Source: Camelus dromedarius
Lineage: Eukaryota
Assembly (NCBI RefSeq): GCF_036321535.1
Contig: NC_087436.1
Span: 62,746,001-62,810,000 of the forward strand
Reading direction: 5' to 3'
DNA: 64,000 nucleotides
Shown here piece by piece: positions 13,821 to 26,081 of this stretch. A program made the position numbers and the translations under genes. Every line of letters starts with the position of its first letter. Position 1 is the stretch's first letter. The notes beneath the pieces were generated by a model, which saw nothing but the letters and a program-made list of their open reading frames with translations, searched no databases and was not told where the DNA came from.

Positions 13821-14199
13821 GTCAAGTTTTAGCCACATCACTTCTAAAACCTATTGAAGAGACATTAAATGTAAAATGTTCCAAAATCTCTTACATGCTA
13901 TGGAAGACTTAACATTAGTAGCATAAAAATAACAAGCATTTACTAGATATATTAGTCATCTACTAGTTGCAGACAACAAAAGTAACATAAAACTTGCCTT
14001 TTTCCTTAAGGAAGATTAGAGTGAGCAACAAATGTTTTGTAACGCACTAAGCATTCAGAAGTTGAAGAAAGAGCTAGAGTCCCCCATGACTGGGAATAAC
14101 TAGTGGACTTAGTTATTACTTTTTTGGTGGAAGTAGACTTCATTCTGAGTATGTAACAAAGTATTCCCACTGATGTCTGTGCTTTTAATTAAAAGATGA

Positions 14200-15660
14200 A
14201 AGAAACCTGTACAATTTTATCTTGTCCATATTACTACCATTGTTTGCCTCAAATAGGAAATTATATTCTTTAATACTTCTCTGATAATGAACACACTACA
14301 GTTACATAAATATTTTTTATAAGGTGATGATTTCCTTATGTCACACTGTTGTGTAAATTGTCTATTATCATTGAAAGAACTTTAAGTAATAAGAAAAAAT
14401 CCTTCCCTTTGCTATTCGTCACCTTATGTAGGACCAGATTTCTACGTAGTATTATTTCCCTTCTGCTTGAGGACTTTTTTGAAATAACTTGAAGTAAAGG
14501 TCTGCTGGTGAGGAATTCTTTCAGCTTTTGTATGTCTGAAAACGTCTTTAATTCACCTTAGTTCTTCAATCTTTTTTCTGCTGAATGTTTCATTTTGGAT
14601 AGGTTCTATTGCTATGTCTTTAAGCTCACTGATCTTCACTTCTGCAATATTCAAACTTCTGTTAACCACATCCAGTGGGTGTTTCCTTGTAGACATTTAA
14701 ACATAATTAGATGTTTAACCTGGCTCCTTTTTTGGTCATTTTTTCTCTACATGTTCAGTCTCCCCTCTAGAATCTTTAGCATATAAATATAGTTATGGTA
14801 ACTATTTTATATTATTTCTAACAATTCTCTTATCTATGTCATCCCTGTGTCAGTTTAGTTTGATTGATTTTCTCCTCACCATGGGCCATATTTTCCTCCA
14901 TTTTTACATGCCTGGAAATTTTTTATTAGATGCCAGACATTGTGAAATTTACCTTGTTGTAAACTGGATATTTTATTTTTTATTCCTATGAACATTCTTC
15001 AGCTTGTTTTAAAATGCAGTTAAGTTATTTGGAAATTGTTTGATCCTTTTTGTTTTAATCTTCAAGCTTTAAGTCCCAAGCTGTGTTTTGTCCAGGAATA
15101 AATTATTCCTTATTACCTAGGCAGTACCCCTCTGGGTACTGTAACTAATTCTCCATTAGTTATGAGTTTTTTCATTTGAAATGGGGGGGAAGAACTATTC
15201 CAGGCCCTATGCCAACTTTTGAGATTGTTCCTTTTGCTATTTTGTGTGATTCTTTCCTGGCCATTTGTACTTTCTTGACATGTATGCCCCTGCTGAAGAC
15301 CCGACAGGCACCCTCTGCTGATCACCCGGGTTCTCTTTCTGGGCAGCTCTCACTTCTCCCATACTATGTCCTCTCTCTAGACCCCCAGCTCCTTCCCCTC
15401 AAATCAAGGAGGGCACATGCTCTGCCTGAGCTTCTTTTCCCTGTTTGGTGACTAGAAACTCTCCCCAGAAATTGAAGTAGGAAAATCATAGGTCCTGCCC
15501 TGCTCACTTCATGTTCCCCCATGATCCAGTCATCATCTCTTATTTCTTGATATCCAAGGTATTTAAAACACTTTGGTTTTTAATATATTTTCTTTAGTTT
15601 TTTTTTAAAGTTATGTCAGGCAGGACATTAAATTTAGTCCTTATTATTGCATGTTTACCA
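14200..15660 (-). mobile_element. Old L1 (L1M/L1ME-type) ORF1 and 5' region fragments
   Basis: 'ggtctgctggtgaggaattctttcagcttttgtatgtctgaaaacgtctttaattcacc', 'tgctatgtctttaagctcactgat' and 'gatgccagacattgtgaaattt' are typical of antisense old-L1 5' regions. Confidence 0.7.
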
Positions 15661-15899
15661 AACAAACCCACAATTCTACTTGTGTCCCAAAGATAACTGA
15701 AGACAGACTCATACTTACGAATTTTCAAAAAATCTTTTTTCCAGTGTTCAGGCCAAAATAGGCAGGCTTGATTGTCGCCTCCATGTACTGTTGGGTCAAC
15801 TGTTTTCCTCTGTCAGTTTCCAGAGGTTAGAACCATTTTAGGTTCCTAGATTTGTGGTGAAGGCTCAGCTTCAGCTGCCAAATTTGCCTCTGTCTAGGT

Positions 15900-16092
15900 T
15901 AGGGAGTGGTAAACTTTGAAGGACAAGCCAGTGCATATTTTAGACTTTGTGTGAGGGTCACATATGATCTAAATTGCATATTACTTCCCTTCCTTTAACA
16001 AAGAAAACCTTTACAGCATATTGGGTCACATGCTGTACAGAAACAGGAGGCGGGCCGTATTTTCTCTATGGGCCAAAGTTTGCTGATCTCTG
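15900..16092. mobile_element. MER58-family hAT-Charlie non-autonomous DNA transposon
   Basis: Ends 'tagggagtggtaaact' and 'aaacaggaggcgggccg...gggccaaagtttgctgatctctg' match MER58 terminal inverted repeats; left flank gtctaggt fits the Charlie NTCTAGAN target preference. Confidence 0.75.
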
Positions 16093-16539
16093 GTTCAAGG
16101 TCTCATCGCCTAACTTGACATGAACATGACGGCTGGAGTCTATAAAACACTGAGGACTGCGCTCGCCCCACAGACAGAACACACATTTCTAGTGTTCAGG
16201 TTTTCAGTTCTCTGAGGGAATTCCACTTACTGAAAACACAAATAAATACTCATTTAAAGGAGTATTCATTACTTTTTATTTGGCGTTTGTAGGTGTATTG
16301 CAGTTGGAGGTTTTTTTCACATTATTTAATTGCCTCTGTTGTGCTACCTCTTTTTTCACTATTACAATTTTGACATCATTTTACATATTGCCACTCCTTG
16401 AAATAACTGGTCATAAAGCAAGGGAGGACTTACAGGGTCATAATGCTAGAAGTGACAACTGGCATTGGGAATTAAACACTATTGGTAAGGTAATACTTTG
16501 TATATTATTTTTTTGTTTATTAAATTTGTTATTTCTTCC

Positions 16540-16740
16540 TTTATTCCTTCCTCTTTCATCCACTGAATAAACACATATTAATAGTTTACTATGTGCTAGA
16601 CAATGTGCTGGAAGCTAGAATAAAAGTTTAAATAAGACGGAATGATTATTTGCTTTTTGGGGTTTAGAGTCTAATAAGACAAACACTAAAAAAAATTAAA
16701 TAAAATATAAACATAATTTTGCTAAGTGACATTAGGGAGA
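16540..16740 (-). mobile_element. L2 3' end
   Basis: 'aaacacatattaatagtttactatgtgctagacaatgtgctggaagctag...aataagac' matches the antisense L2 tail. Confidence 0.7.
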
Positions 16741-17259
16741 AAATTTTATTATATCAAAAAAGTCAAGAAGAAGGTAGTAGATCTGGGAGAAAATCTATTT
16801 TCAATAAAATAGGGAAAAATCCTTAAAGAACCTGAGAATTAGAATGTAAGTACTCACATCTGCTATAATGGAGGTTTTGTTAAGAGAGGACTAATCTTTC
16901 CATTTCCAGCCACAACTCCAAACTCTCTGAAAATCTTTCTGAAAGTAGGTAGCAAGACCTTCAATGTGTTGATAACATTCGACACAATTAATTTTTCTAA
17001 CTACCTATTATAAAGCCAAAGATAAAATCATTAATGAGTGAAGTTATAAGTAGAAAAATGTTTTTTAAAATAGCATTTATAAAGATGAATAAGATAAGAA
17101 TTTAATGTCACACAAATATACTTTATTTTATAAATTAAGTGCAATCATTTGCAAAGCGTATTTTTAACTGTTAATTATTTGAGAATATTCACAAGAAAAT
17201 ATTAATTTAAAAGAAAAATTGAAAAATTACCAAAGTAAAATTTATATACACCTACAACT

Positions 17260-17362
17260 ATCTCTCTCTCTCTATCATTTCTCTCCCTCTCTATCACCTT
17301 TTTTTCCCTCTGTAGCCTTCTCCTAGCCCCCAGAACACACGCCACACACACACACACACACA
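17260..17362. repeat. CT-rich tract plus (CA)n microsatellite
   Basis: Read directly. Confidence 0.85.
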
Positions 17363-17379
17363 AATGCCATACATACATT

Positions 17380-17500
17380 TACATAGACTGGAATGAAATG
17401 GACCAAAACATTAACTGTTTTTATTTCCAGATGGTGAATTAAGCATGACTTTTATTTTCTGTATTTTTTATACTATCAGAAAAATATTACTACTTTTAAG
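17380..17500 (+). mobile_element. Old L1 (L1ME-like) 3' terminal fragment
   Basis: 'agactggaatgaaatggaccaaaacattaactg...atttccagatggtgaatt...gacttttattttct'. Confidence 0.5.
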
Positions 17501-18549
17501 AAGACTCATCCTGTAGACAACAATTCACTATTATATTCTTTGATACAGAAAGTGAAAGTGAAAGGAAGTAGGTTGCTGCTGGATTCATAGCCTTCTGGCT
17601 GAGACCTCATAGATCATCAAATACTTTCTGTGATGCCCTCAACCACTTCGCCTTCTCATATTTCTGGCACACATGCTTATATAATACTGTCTCTAAATTG
17701 TTCAACCAACCTACTTATCTCTGTCCTTTGAACCACTGAATGACATTGGGGAAAATCATAGTATTAGGCTATTTGTTAAACTGATACATTTTTTTCTCCA
17801 AACTTAAAGTAGACCAGAGTCCATATGCAATAACCATTAAGCACTTTTTCCTACTTAGAGATACTGATACTCCCAGTCTTCACTAGTCTCAGCAATCTCT
17901 TTAACTCAAGGCTTTTCTCCTCAGTTTCAACAAATGTCCTCAGTTCTCAACTGAGAAACTCTAAATTTTCCTTAGGAAAACTGTTGCTTACAGAACCACA
18001 GAGAGTGTTTTTTCACTTTGGATTTATTCCTGTTGTCACTGGAGAAAAATGAACTAGTATAAAGGAAAATAAAACTTGTACTAGATTTTTAAAAAAGTTA
18101 TTGGTGACCTCTTTGGTTCTGTTCTCTGTCTTCTCCTCTTCTCTTACTAGATGTGACTTCACTGAATGACCACCATAGGTTTGATTGTTCTTCAGATATA
18201 TATTTTTTCAATCTACATAAATTTTTGGTTTATTGTTTTGGGGGTCAATCCTTACAAATCTGGATAATTCTCACAAAACTTTTGATTTTCAGCTTTTCTT
18301 ATCATATATTTCAATGTTCCACCCACATTCTTTCATGGTAAATTGGCTAGAACTAAGTCAGCACATATAAATAGTGCTTGTGTAGTCCAATTCAATCCAC
18401 GCCAACCCCACTATGGGTGTGCATGCCCAATCCTTCATTTTCCCTGCATACCCAGATCCTAGTCTCATAAGCTGCTTAACACAGCCTGCTCTCTTATTCT
18501 GAGCTATCCAACCAAATTCACAGGTACAAGAACCAGAATTAGTGGACAC

Positions 18550-19450
18550 TATGGTGTCAAATTTATATCTACAGCTCCGTTCTCTCTGTCTGTTCTCCAG
18601 ATCTGTGTATTCTTCCACTTAATGGAACACTTCCAGTAAGATACTGAAACTGAACATCTAAAACACAAAATTTCCAAACATATAATTCTTCTGTCTTACT
18701 TCTGTCTATCTTATTACCATCTACACATTTGCCATCTACATATTCACTCAAGCCTGTAACTTGGAAGTCCCATTAAATGTTTTCTTTCCATTATCCCTTA
18801 TATTCAATTAAATAGCCATCTTTGTTGATCATGCCTTTTGAAACTCTTTCATCTGTCTCCTCTACAACAATAATAGCACCTGTCAAACATTATGAACTGA
18901 ATATTTCTTCTTATATTTTGCAATACCTTCCCTAATCTGTTAGTTTCTAAACTCTCTCAATACTTCCTCCATTGCCTTAGAATTATTTCAGATTTCTCTG
19001 AGACAAAGATTAGGTGTTTAATGTTCCAGATCTGTTAATATTTAGCACATCTCAACTTATGCTGGGGTCAGGGAAAACAGCATAGAGTTCCTTGTAGACC
19101 ACATGTCCCTCCATCTCTGGGCTTAACTGAAGAATGTGATCATGTACAATGTTATTCCTTACCTTCCTTGTTAGGCAGAAAATGTCTTAATTTAGTTTTC
19201 TCTTCTGTAAGATTCTATCTATAACCTGCCCTCCTCATTCTGTGCAAGGTTATTCCTTTGCATTCCTTTAACAGGCTGTGCACTCCTCTATCACTGTGCC
19301 CACCAAGCTGAATGGCCTTTTTGTTTTATAACTGTTTCTCCTGCCATGCACTGAACTTAGTAAGGATAGAAACTCTCTTTTCCTCTACTTCAGAAGAGTA
19401 ACCTGCTCATAACAGGTGCTTAACAAATGATGAGTGAATGAGTTATTGAA
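18550..19450 (+). mobile_element. L2 fragments running to the 3' terminus
   Basis: 'caaatttatatctacagc...ctccagatctgtgtatt...aaactgaacatctaaaac' and a terminal 'aggtgcttaacaaatgatgagtgaatga'. Confidence 0.7.
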
Positions 19451-20724
19451 TATAAAATGTGGTGGAAGAAATAATATTTGATTGTGTTTAATCCATATGG
19501 CTTTGTAATAAATGATTGTACCAAATGAACTTTCAAAAACCTCCAATATTTCACACTTTGTAACTTTATAATATTGGCACTGCAGAGGATGGGAGGTATA
19601 CACAATATTAAACAAACAAGCAAATAACAGCAAGCAATGACACAGCCCCCGTGACTCAGACTGGATGGGCAAGTATAAATAACCAGTATGGTCAAAATGA
19701 TATAGGCTGACTGAACCACAGCTCTGATCATCACAGTAAAGACTCCTATCCCACATTTGATTTGGGCATGTGCTGGTTTGTTTACAAGGGTGTCATCAGA
19801 GGAATATGAAGAGAATAAATGAAGGCAATTCAATATGTCATGAAGTATGAGAGAAACTCAGAGCTTGGAAAACAGGCAGTGTTGATGCTGCTAACTCTAT
19901 AAATTAACATTTCCCCACTTTTGCCTTCATAATTTTGAAAATATGTCTACTGTTTTCTGGGTAGCACATCTAACACAACTGAATTTCTTAAAATTAAATA
20001 ATATCCGTTATAATTAAAAACTGAGTTCCTCACTCTTGGTATATGTATGAAATAATCTTAAAGGAAAAGAGAATTGTACTGAGAAATAATTCTCTCATAT
20101 TTTCTATAAACATGCTTCATAGAATTTGCCTTTAGTAACTAGAAAGTCTAAATGTTTGTTATGGTGCAATACATTTGTGATTTTAACACCTTATCTGCCT
20201 TAATTCACTTTAATGAGCCAGAGTTACTGAAAACCCAATTAAAACATAAGAAATATAGACATTATTCAGTAATTTTCATTCTGCTGGCAATGACAAAAAT
20301 AAGGTTTATTGTGGATGATCTAATTGGAAAATCTTTCAGCCTATTCCTGTTGGTCTGGCCAGTTATTGTGAGTTCATCTCTGTGTTCCCTGATTTGGGTG
20401 TTTTGCCCTCTTCAGTGGTGACTATCTAAATAACAATTTCTCAGTGGTGAGTTTGCTCTGGATAAGCCTGTCTCTTCCAGGAGTTCAAAAAACTTCAAGG
20501 ATCAGAAAAGACCAGCCTCTCACCTTGTGGCATGGTTGGAATCATGTGGAGAGCTTTGCAGAAGGCTAAGAGAGGCTAATGGATTAGATGAAACTAAAAC
20601 TTTATGACATTTATGCATTTATTTGTTCAGGAAATTGTCTTCTTTTTGCAAGAGTCTGAATTGCATTCTGCTAGAAGCTAGCCTGATAGTATATTGATAT
20701 TTCAAAGTTATTCTGGATCTTAAT

Positions 20725-20790
20725 CGCCTTCCTTCTTTTGTTCTTTTCTCCCTTCCTTTCTTCCTTCCTTCCGTTTCCTCTTCTTCACAA
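20725..20790. repeat. TTCC-rich low-complexity pyrimidine tract
   Basis: Read directly. Confidence 0.7.
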
Positions 20791-21604
20791 TTTGTTTCTC
20801 ACCACCCCTCATTTTTCCCAAGTACTACTACTGTGGCAGACAAAGTCTCCCAGAACATCTTTGGAAATAGTGACAGAAAGACATCATTAAAATAGCTGTA
20901 TAATTTAAAAAAAAAAATATGGAGTAGAAAGAAAAAATGGGCTAAGTAAGGAATATTAATTCAAGGAAGAAGTGAGGAAGTAAGTTGGCTATAAGAAATC
21001 TCTTGTGAATAGGCCAGTGGGATTTTGGCAAAATAATTTCTAGTTTTAATTCTAATTGGCTTGTGGTATTTTCATATGATGCTCTTCTACTGCTGTGAAT
21101 TGTTTTTAAAGCTGTATCTTACCTGGTCTTCTGCAGGTAGTCTTCTAAAAAACTTAAAAAGCATAGTATTGTCCAGAAAGTGTTTTTCAGCACTTTTTTT
21201 CTCTCTACATTATTATCCTGTTAAAGAGAAAAAAGAAATTTAATTTAAATATCACAAAATAAATTAAATATGAAAGAATAAGATTTTGTCAGGTAGGGTT
21301 GAATATTAGAGTGTTGTGAACCATTGAATTATCTAAGAAGTTTTTGGCCCCCAGGTTCAATTTTCATCTACTTGGAAGAACTGTCACCCATATTAAAAAT
21401 GCATGGTCTATGCAGTAACAACTAAAGTGCAAAACAAATACTGCATAAAAGACAGAGGTGACCCACAAATGGACTGCATTTAGAAAAATCAAGCATTCAA
21501 ATAAGAGGTCATTAAAAAAACTAAGCATTATTCTGATGTTTGTGTCTGATAAACGAAACTCCTTATACCTCGGTAATTGTTTCATCTCCAAATCAATTTT
21601 ACTT

Positions 21605-21790
21605 CTTTTATCAACTACTTATTGAGTACTTTTTTTACATTACAGGCAGCGTTCTAGACGTTGGGGAAACAATGGTAGCAGGATAGAAAACGGCTCTCCT
21701 ATAGGAAGATGGATGCTAGAAAAAGCAAGCAATTAATTTAAAGTGTGTTTACTGCTTTGATAATAAAGAAAATTGTTTGGGTTAATACTT
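21605..21790 (-). mobile_element. L2 3' fragment
   Basis: 'tacttattgagtact...caggcagcgttctagacgttggggaaacaatgg'. Confidence 0.6.
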
Positions 21791-22039
21791 AACTAATTTG
21801 GGGTAGAGGAGAAACACTTGTAAAATCCAGGAACAAATATTGTTAATGCTTAAAGGAGATAGACTTGGAAAGTTTGGGAGGAGAAGTAAAAGCTGCTTTG
21901 AGTGTGGGGGGCTGATTTAAGTAGAGGCTCAAATGGGAGTTATTTTAAGATGTAAAAATACTGGTATGAGATGGAGAATATCCAGAGGTACCTTATGGTA
22001 AAGGAAAGAAAAGATACAGGAAAGAGAAGGAAATCACAT

Positions 22040-22074
22040 TGTATGTGTATTCGTGTGTGTGTGTGCGTGCGTGT
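22040..22074. repeat. (TG)n/(TGCG)n alternating purine-pyrimidine tract
   Basis: gtgtgtgtgtgtgcgtgcgtgtg read directly. Confidence 0.8.
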
Positions 22075-22649
22075 GATTTATAGAATATATTTTATTGATC
22101 TTAAGATAACAAATTGAGAATTTATTTATTGAGAATTGGAGAATTATTGTTTTTCCATTTTCTATTTCATTAGGTTTGCTGTTATAATCATCATTTATTT
22201 CTTACCATTTACCCAAGGTTTCTTTGATATTATTAAGTGCCTAGTTTATTCTCTCTTTAAAAATTAATACAGGAAAATAATGTACAAGTCAAAGGGTTCT
22301 GTTTCTATAAATGTACATTGCTTTCTTACTTTGGGGCAGGATTATAAAAAAGAAAGGGAGAATTTATTATATTCATAATTTATTATAATATCCTGATAAA
22401 TGAATTTTTGCAGCCGTACCAATAACTGAGTTTTCCTATAATATCCAATGATTTTCAGATAATTTCAAAATGAAGTCTGCACAAAACTTTGATTATGATT
22501 TCCTCTCTAGGATTGGATTCTCCAACATAAAAATAAATATTTGCTATCCAATAAACAACAACTATCTATACATAAACACATAAATCAAACATTCAGTTTC
22601 CCTTTTAATTACAGAATATCAGATGAATATATTAAACAACTCAAGTAAG

Positions 22650-23110
22650 TACCTGCAGTATTATTCACAATTGCCAAACCATGGAAACAACCCAAACATT
22701 CATCAATTGATGAAAGGATAAACAAATGTGGTATATCTATACAATGAAATATTTTTCAACTGATAAAAAGGAATGAAATAACTTTGTGCACTATACTGTG
22801 CACAGGCTTGAAAACATGTTTAGTATAAGAGCCAGACACACAGGTCACATATTGAGTGATTCCATTTACATGGAGTGTCCAGAATAGGTGATTCTGGACA
22901 GACAAAAAGGAGATTAGCAGTTGTCAGGAGATCAGGGGAGAGGGAGAAGGAAAGGGACTGCTAATAGGTACCAGTTTCTTTTGGGGACAATGAGAATGTT
23001 CTGAAATTAGTGGTGATGTTTGCATAACCTTGTAAATACTAAAAACCACTGACATTTACACTTTGAAATGGTGAGTTTTATGGTGTGTGAATTATATCTC
23101 AAATTTTTAA
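22650..23110 (+). mobile_element. L1MB-type L1 3' end
   Basis: 'ttattcacaattgccaaa..tggaaacaacccaaa', 'gattccattta', 'tgtccagaatagg', 'gactgctaataggtac', 'aaaaaccactga...gtgaattatatctcaa'. Confidence 0.88.
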
Positions 23111-23279
23111 ATTGGAAAACAAAATACCTATTTTTAATAAACATGTACTTGCTTATATAGACCTTTCTAAAAATCTCTTAAAGTGTATGATATTGTATAG
23201 TTTTTCATGCATAATTCCCTGAAGTCAAATGTTAGTAAAGGAAATAAAAATTAGAAACATAGAACTGCATCTTGTCTTA

Positions 23280-23360
23280 TCAATCCATCCGTCATCTAAT
23301 CTGTCTGCTTGTCTATCAGTATATCATCTATATATCACCTATCATCCATCTATCTGTCTG

Positions 23361-23397
<37 letters not shown>

Positions 23398-23418
23398 CAT
23401 CCATCCATCATCCATCAT
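23280..23418. repeat. Compound (TCTA)n/(TCCA)n tetranucleotide repeat
   Basis: ctatctatctatct...ccatccatcc read directly. Confidence 0.92.
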
Positions 23419-24837
23419 GAATAAAATATGAGAAACCACAATTATGCTTTTAGTAACTTTAGGAATCCATGATCTAGCTATTTTCACATTTATACTCCAC
23501 TTGAGAACTTACTTGTAAATGTGCTTGTGCTTTCTGTTTTGTTCATCTTTAGATACTCCTTGTTCCAACATTTTAGAATTGTGCAGTCGGCAAAGATGTG
23601 ATGTCCTATTAACTTGTCAGTTGAAAAAGAAGATTTGTGCAGATGAAAGTTCATGAGATTTGTCTTTAGGGATCCATTCCTGTAAATTATATAAAATATA
23701 GACTTCAGGCAGAGTGACATTTAGAAATACTACGTGTATATCTATTTAAAATAATAAGTCAAGTTTTACTTATGTAATGTATTCCAATCACATGGAAGTC
23801 ATAAAAGTAAGTGTGATCTCAGAAATGAGTGCTATTACAATAATATATTCTGCAATAAAACAATACACAGCAAAAATACAGCAGTGTAAAAAAAAGGATT
23901 GTGCTCTTGATACCTCATTTAGCAACATTTCAGCTCAGCAAAAGTTTGAAGAGTCCTTTCTCTTTTAAGTCTTTTTTTTTAACAAATACTACTTAGAATA
24001 CATTTGACCAAAGTGATAGACTATTCCCTGCATGGTCATAGGTTTAGTGAAATAGAGGAAAGGATATACTGAAAAATAAATAAATGACCTGCAGCACAGT
24101 TTAAAAGGAACTTATACATGCATTTTACTGTACAGTTACTGTAGCACCCATACCCATACTCCCTTTCTCAGATAAGTAATCTTGTGGAATGTTCTTTTTA
24201 ATAATTTTTTAATATAATCTGGAAATATAAAAGAGGAAAACAGAGTTGAAATATAGGACCTGTGATTCATTCATTCCCTGCATCAGGGGAATATTCCCGG
24301 CAAACAGAAAGAAGGCAAGACATACGATTTAATTTCCTTGTCTGTGTGGTAACTGGACTTCTGACTAAATAGACTATTTTTGGTGAGAAAGAGGGAACTT
24401 GGTACTTATTAATTGAATATTCATAACAGGATGGTCCTTGCCAAGAACTCCTTGTGGAAAATTAAACCCAAAATCTAAGGATATAAGGGCATGGCTCTCT
24501 GGGTCAGGTCATGTTAAGTTGAAGTATAAATAGACAGTTTTCATAAGCTAAGTGTTCCCTGATATCTTGGGTACTGCCCCTTATGCCTCACAAAGAGACC
24601 TCTTTCATTCGGGGAAGAGTTTATGTCTAAGGCAGGAAAAAAGTACATGTAAAGCTGCCCTCAATGTCCAGACCTCATCCTCTTTTGTCTGTTCTACTTA
24701 ATTGCCTGAATCCTTGAAATTATGAATACATTTTTGATACAATCTGAGAACTCTAAGTAGTATGAGTCTGAACTGACAACCTAATCCTTAGTGTAAACTC
24801 AGTATGAAGTAAGAATAACTAGTGTTGAATGCAAATG

Positions 24838-24905
24838 CTCCCCACTAGTTAGTAAGTTCCATAAGGACAGGCTCCAGGTCAGACTTGTTCAAATATTATC
24901 ACCCT
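24838..24905 (+). mobile_element. L2 3' fragment
   Basis: 'ctccccactagttagtaagttccataaggacagg...cttgttca'. Confidence 0.5.
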
Positions 24906-25178
24906 TTATAATAAACCAATTAAAAAAACCCAATAACCATTTAAACTAATGAATACGACATACATAACACATATTGAAAAAGCAACCGAGTATTATTGCC
25001 AATTCTGCAAATATATGTTAAACATAGCAACTGAGTAAATTAGCTGAAAAAATAGTTACAAATATTTTGTAATTTTTTCAATTGTTTTGTTTGATCATTA
25101 TTCTAAGCTTATTTAAAAAAGTAGAACATAATGGCTCTCCAATGTGCAGTTCCCCTTAAGTCAAGTTCAATGATAGAT

Positions 25179-25858
25179 ATTTCTAATTGAAGTATAGATG
25201 ATTTACAATATTATATTAGTTTTTACATAGATTTTCATATATTACACTCCATTTAAAGTTACTATAAAATACCATTTTCCCTATGTTGTACAATATATCC
25301 TCTGGCTTACTTATTTTATACATAGTAGTTTGTACCTCTTAGTCTCCTACCCCTATTGTGTCCCTTACCCCTTCCTCTTCCCATTGGTAACCACTAGTTT
25401 CCTCTATGTGAGTCTGTTTCTGTTTTGTTATATTCATTCCTTTGTTTTATTTTTTAAATTTCACATATAAGTTATAACATAGAGCATTTGCCTTTCCCTG
25501 ACTTAATTAACTAAGTGTAATATAATGTAGGTCCAACTATGTTTTTACAAATGGCAGAATTTTACTCTTTTTTATGGCTGAGTAATATTCCAGTATGTGT
25601 GTGCATGTGCAGGTGTGTGTGTCAATACCATGTCTTCTTTATCCACTCATCTCTTAATAGACACTTAGGTTGCTTCCAAATCTTGACTATTGTAAATAAT
25701 GCTGCAGTAAACAGAGGGAAATATGTATCTTTTTGAATTAATGTCTTCATTTTCTTTGTATATATACCTAGGAGTGGAATTGCTGGATCTTATGATAGTT
25801 CTATTTTTAGTTTTTTGAGGAACATCCATACTGTTTTCCATTCTGGCTGCACCAATTT
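25179..25858 (-). mobile_element. 5'-truncated L1 (ORF2 end and 3'UTR), intermediate age
   Basis: 'aattgaagtatagatgatttacaatatt...ggtaaccactagttt...ggagtggaattgctggatc...ggctgcaccaattta'; perfect 9-bp TSD atgatagat at 25170-25178 and 25859-25867. Confidence 0.92.
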
Positions 25859-26081
25859 ATGATAGATTGGTTTAGCAAAATTTTTAGTTTTTCAATAGTT
25901 TTAGTTATTGAGCTTGTAACTTAAAAGGCTATTAAAGGTAATTAGATACAGAGAAACCTGGAAGGGGTGTTAGAGCAGAAGGGAGAAATCGAAGTGTGTC
26001 AGATAATAGATTTATTTGATATTGTTATTATTATATTTGTTTAATAAATACTTCAAAAATATAAAGGGGAATAAGGTAAAG

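Noticed and set aside
19652..19680. AP-1 site (tgactca) followed by a TATA-like tataaat
   Set aside because: Short motifs expected by chance in 64 kb of AT-rich DNA; no supporting downstream exon
21115..21150. Other good minus-strand donors (CAG|gtaaga at ~21122, CTG|gtgagt at ~39530, CCA|gtgagt at ~6060)
   Set aside because: No convincing acceptor or frame-consistent exon pairs with them; such sites are frequent by chance
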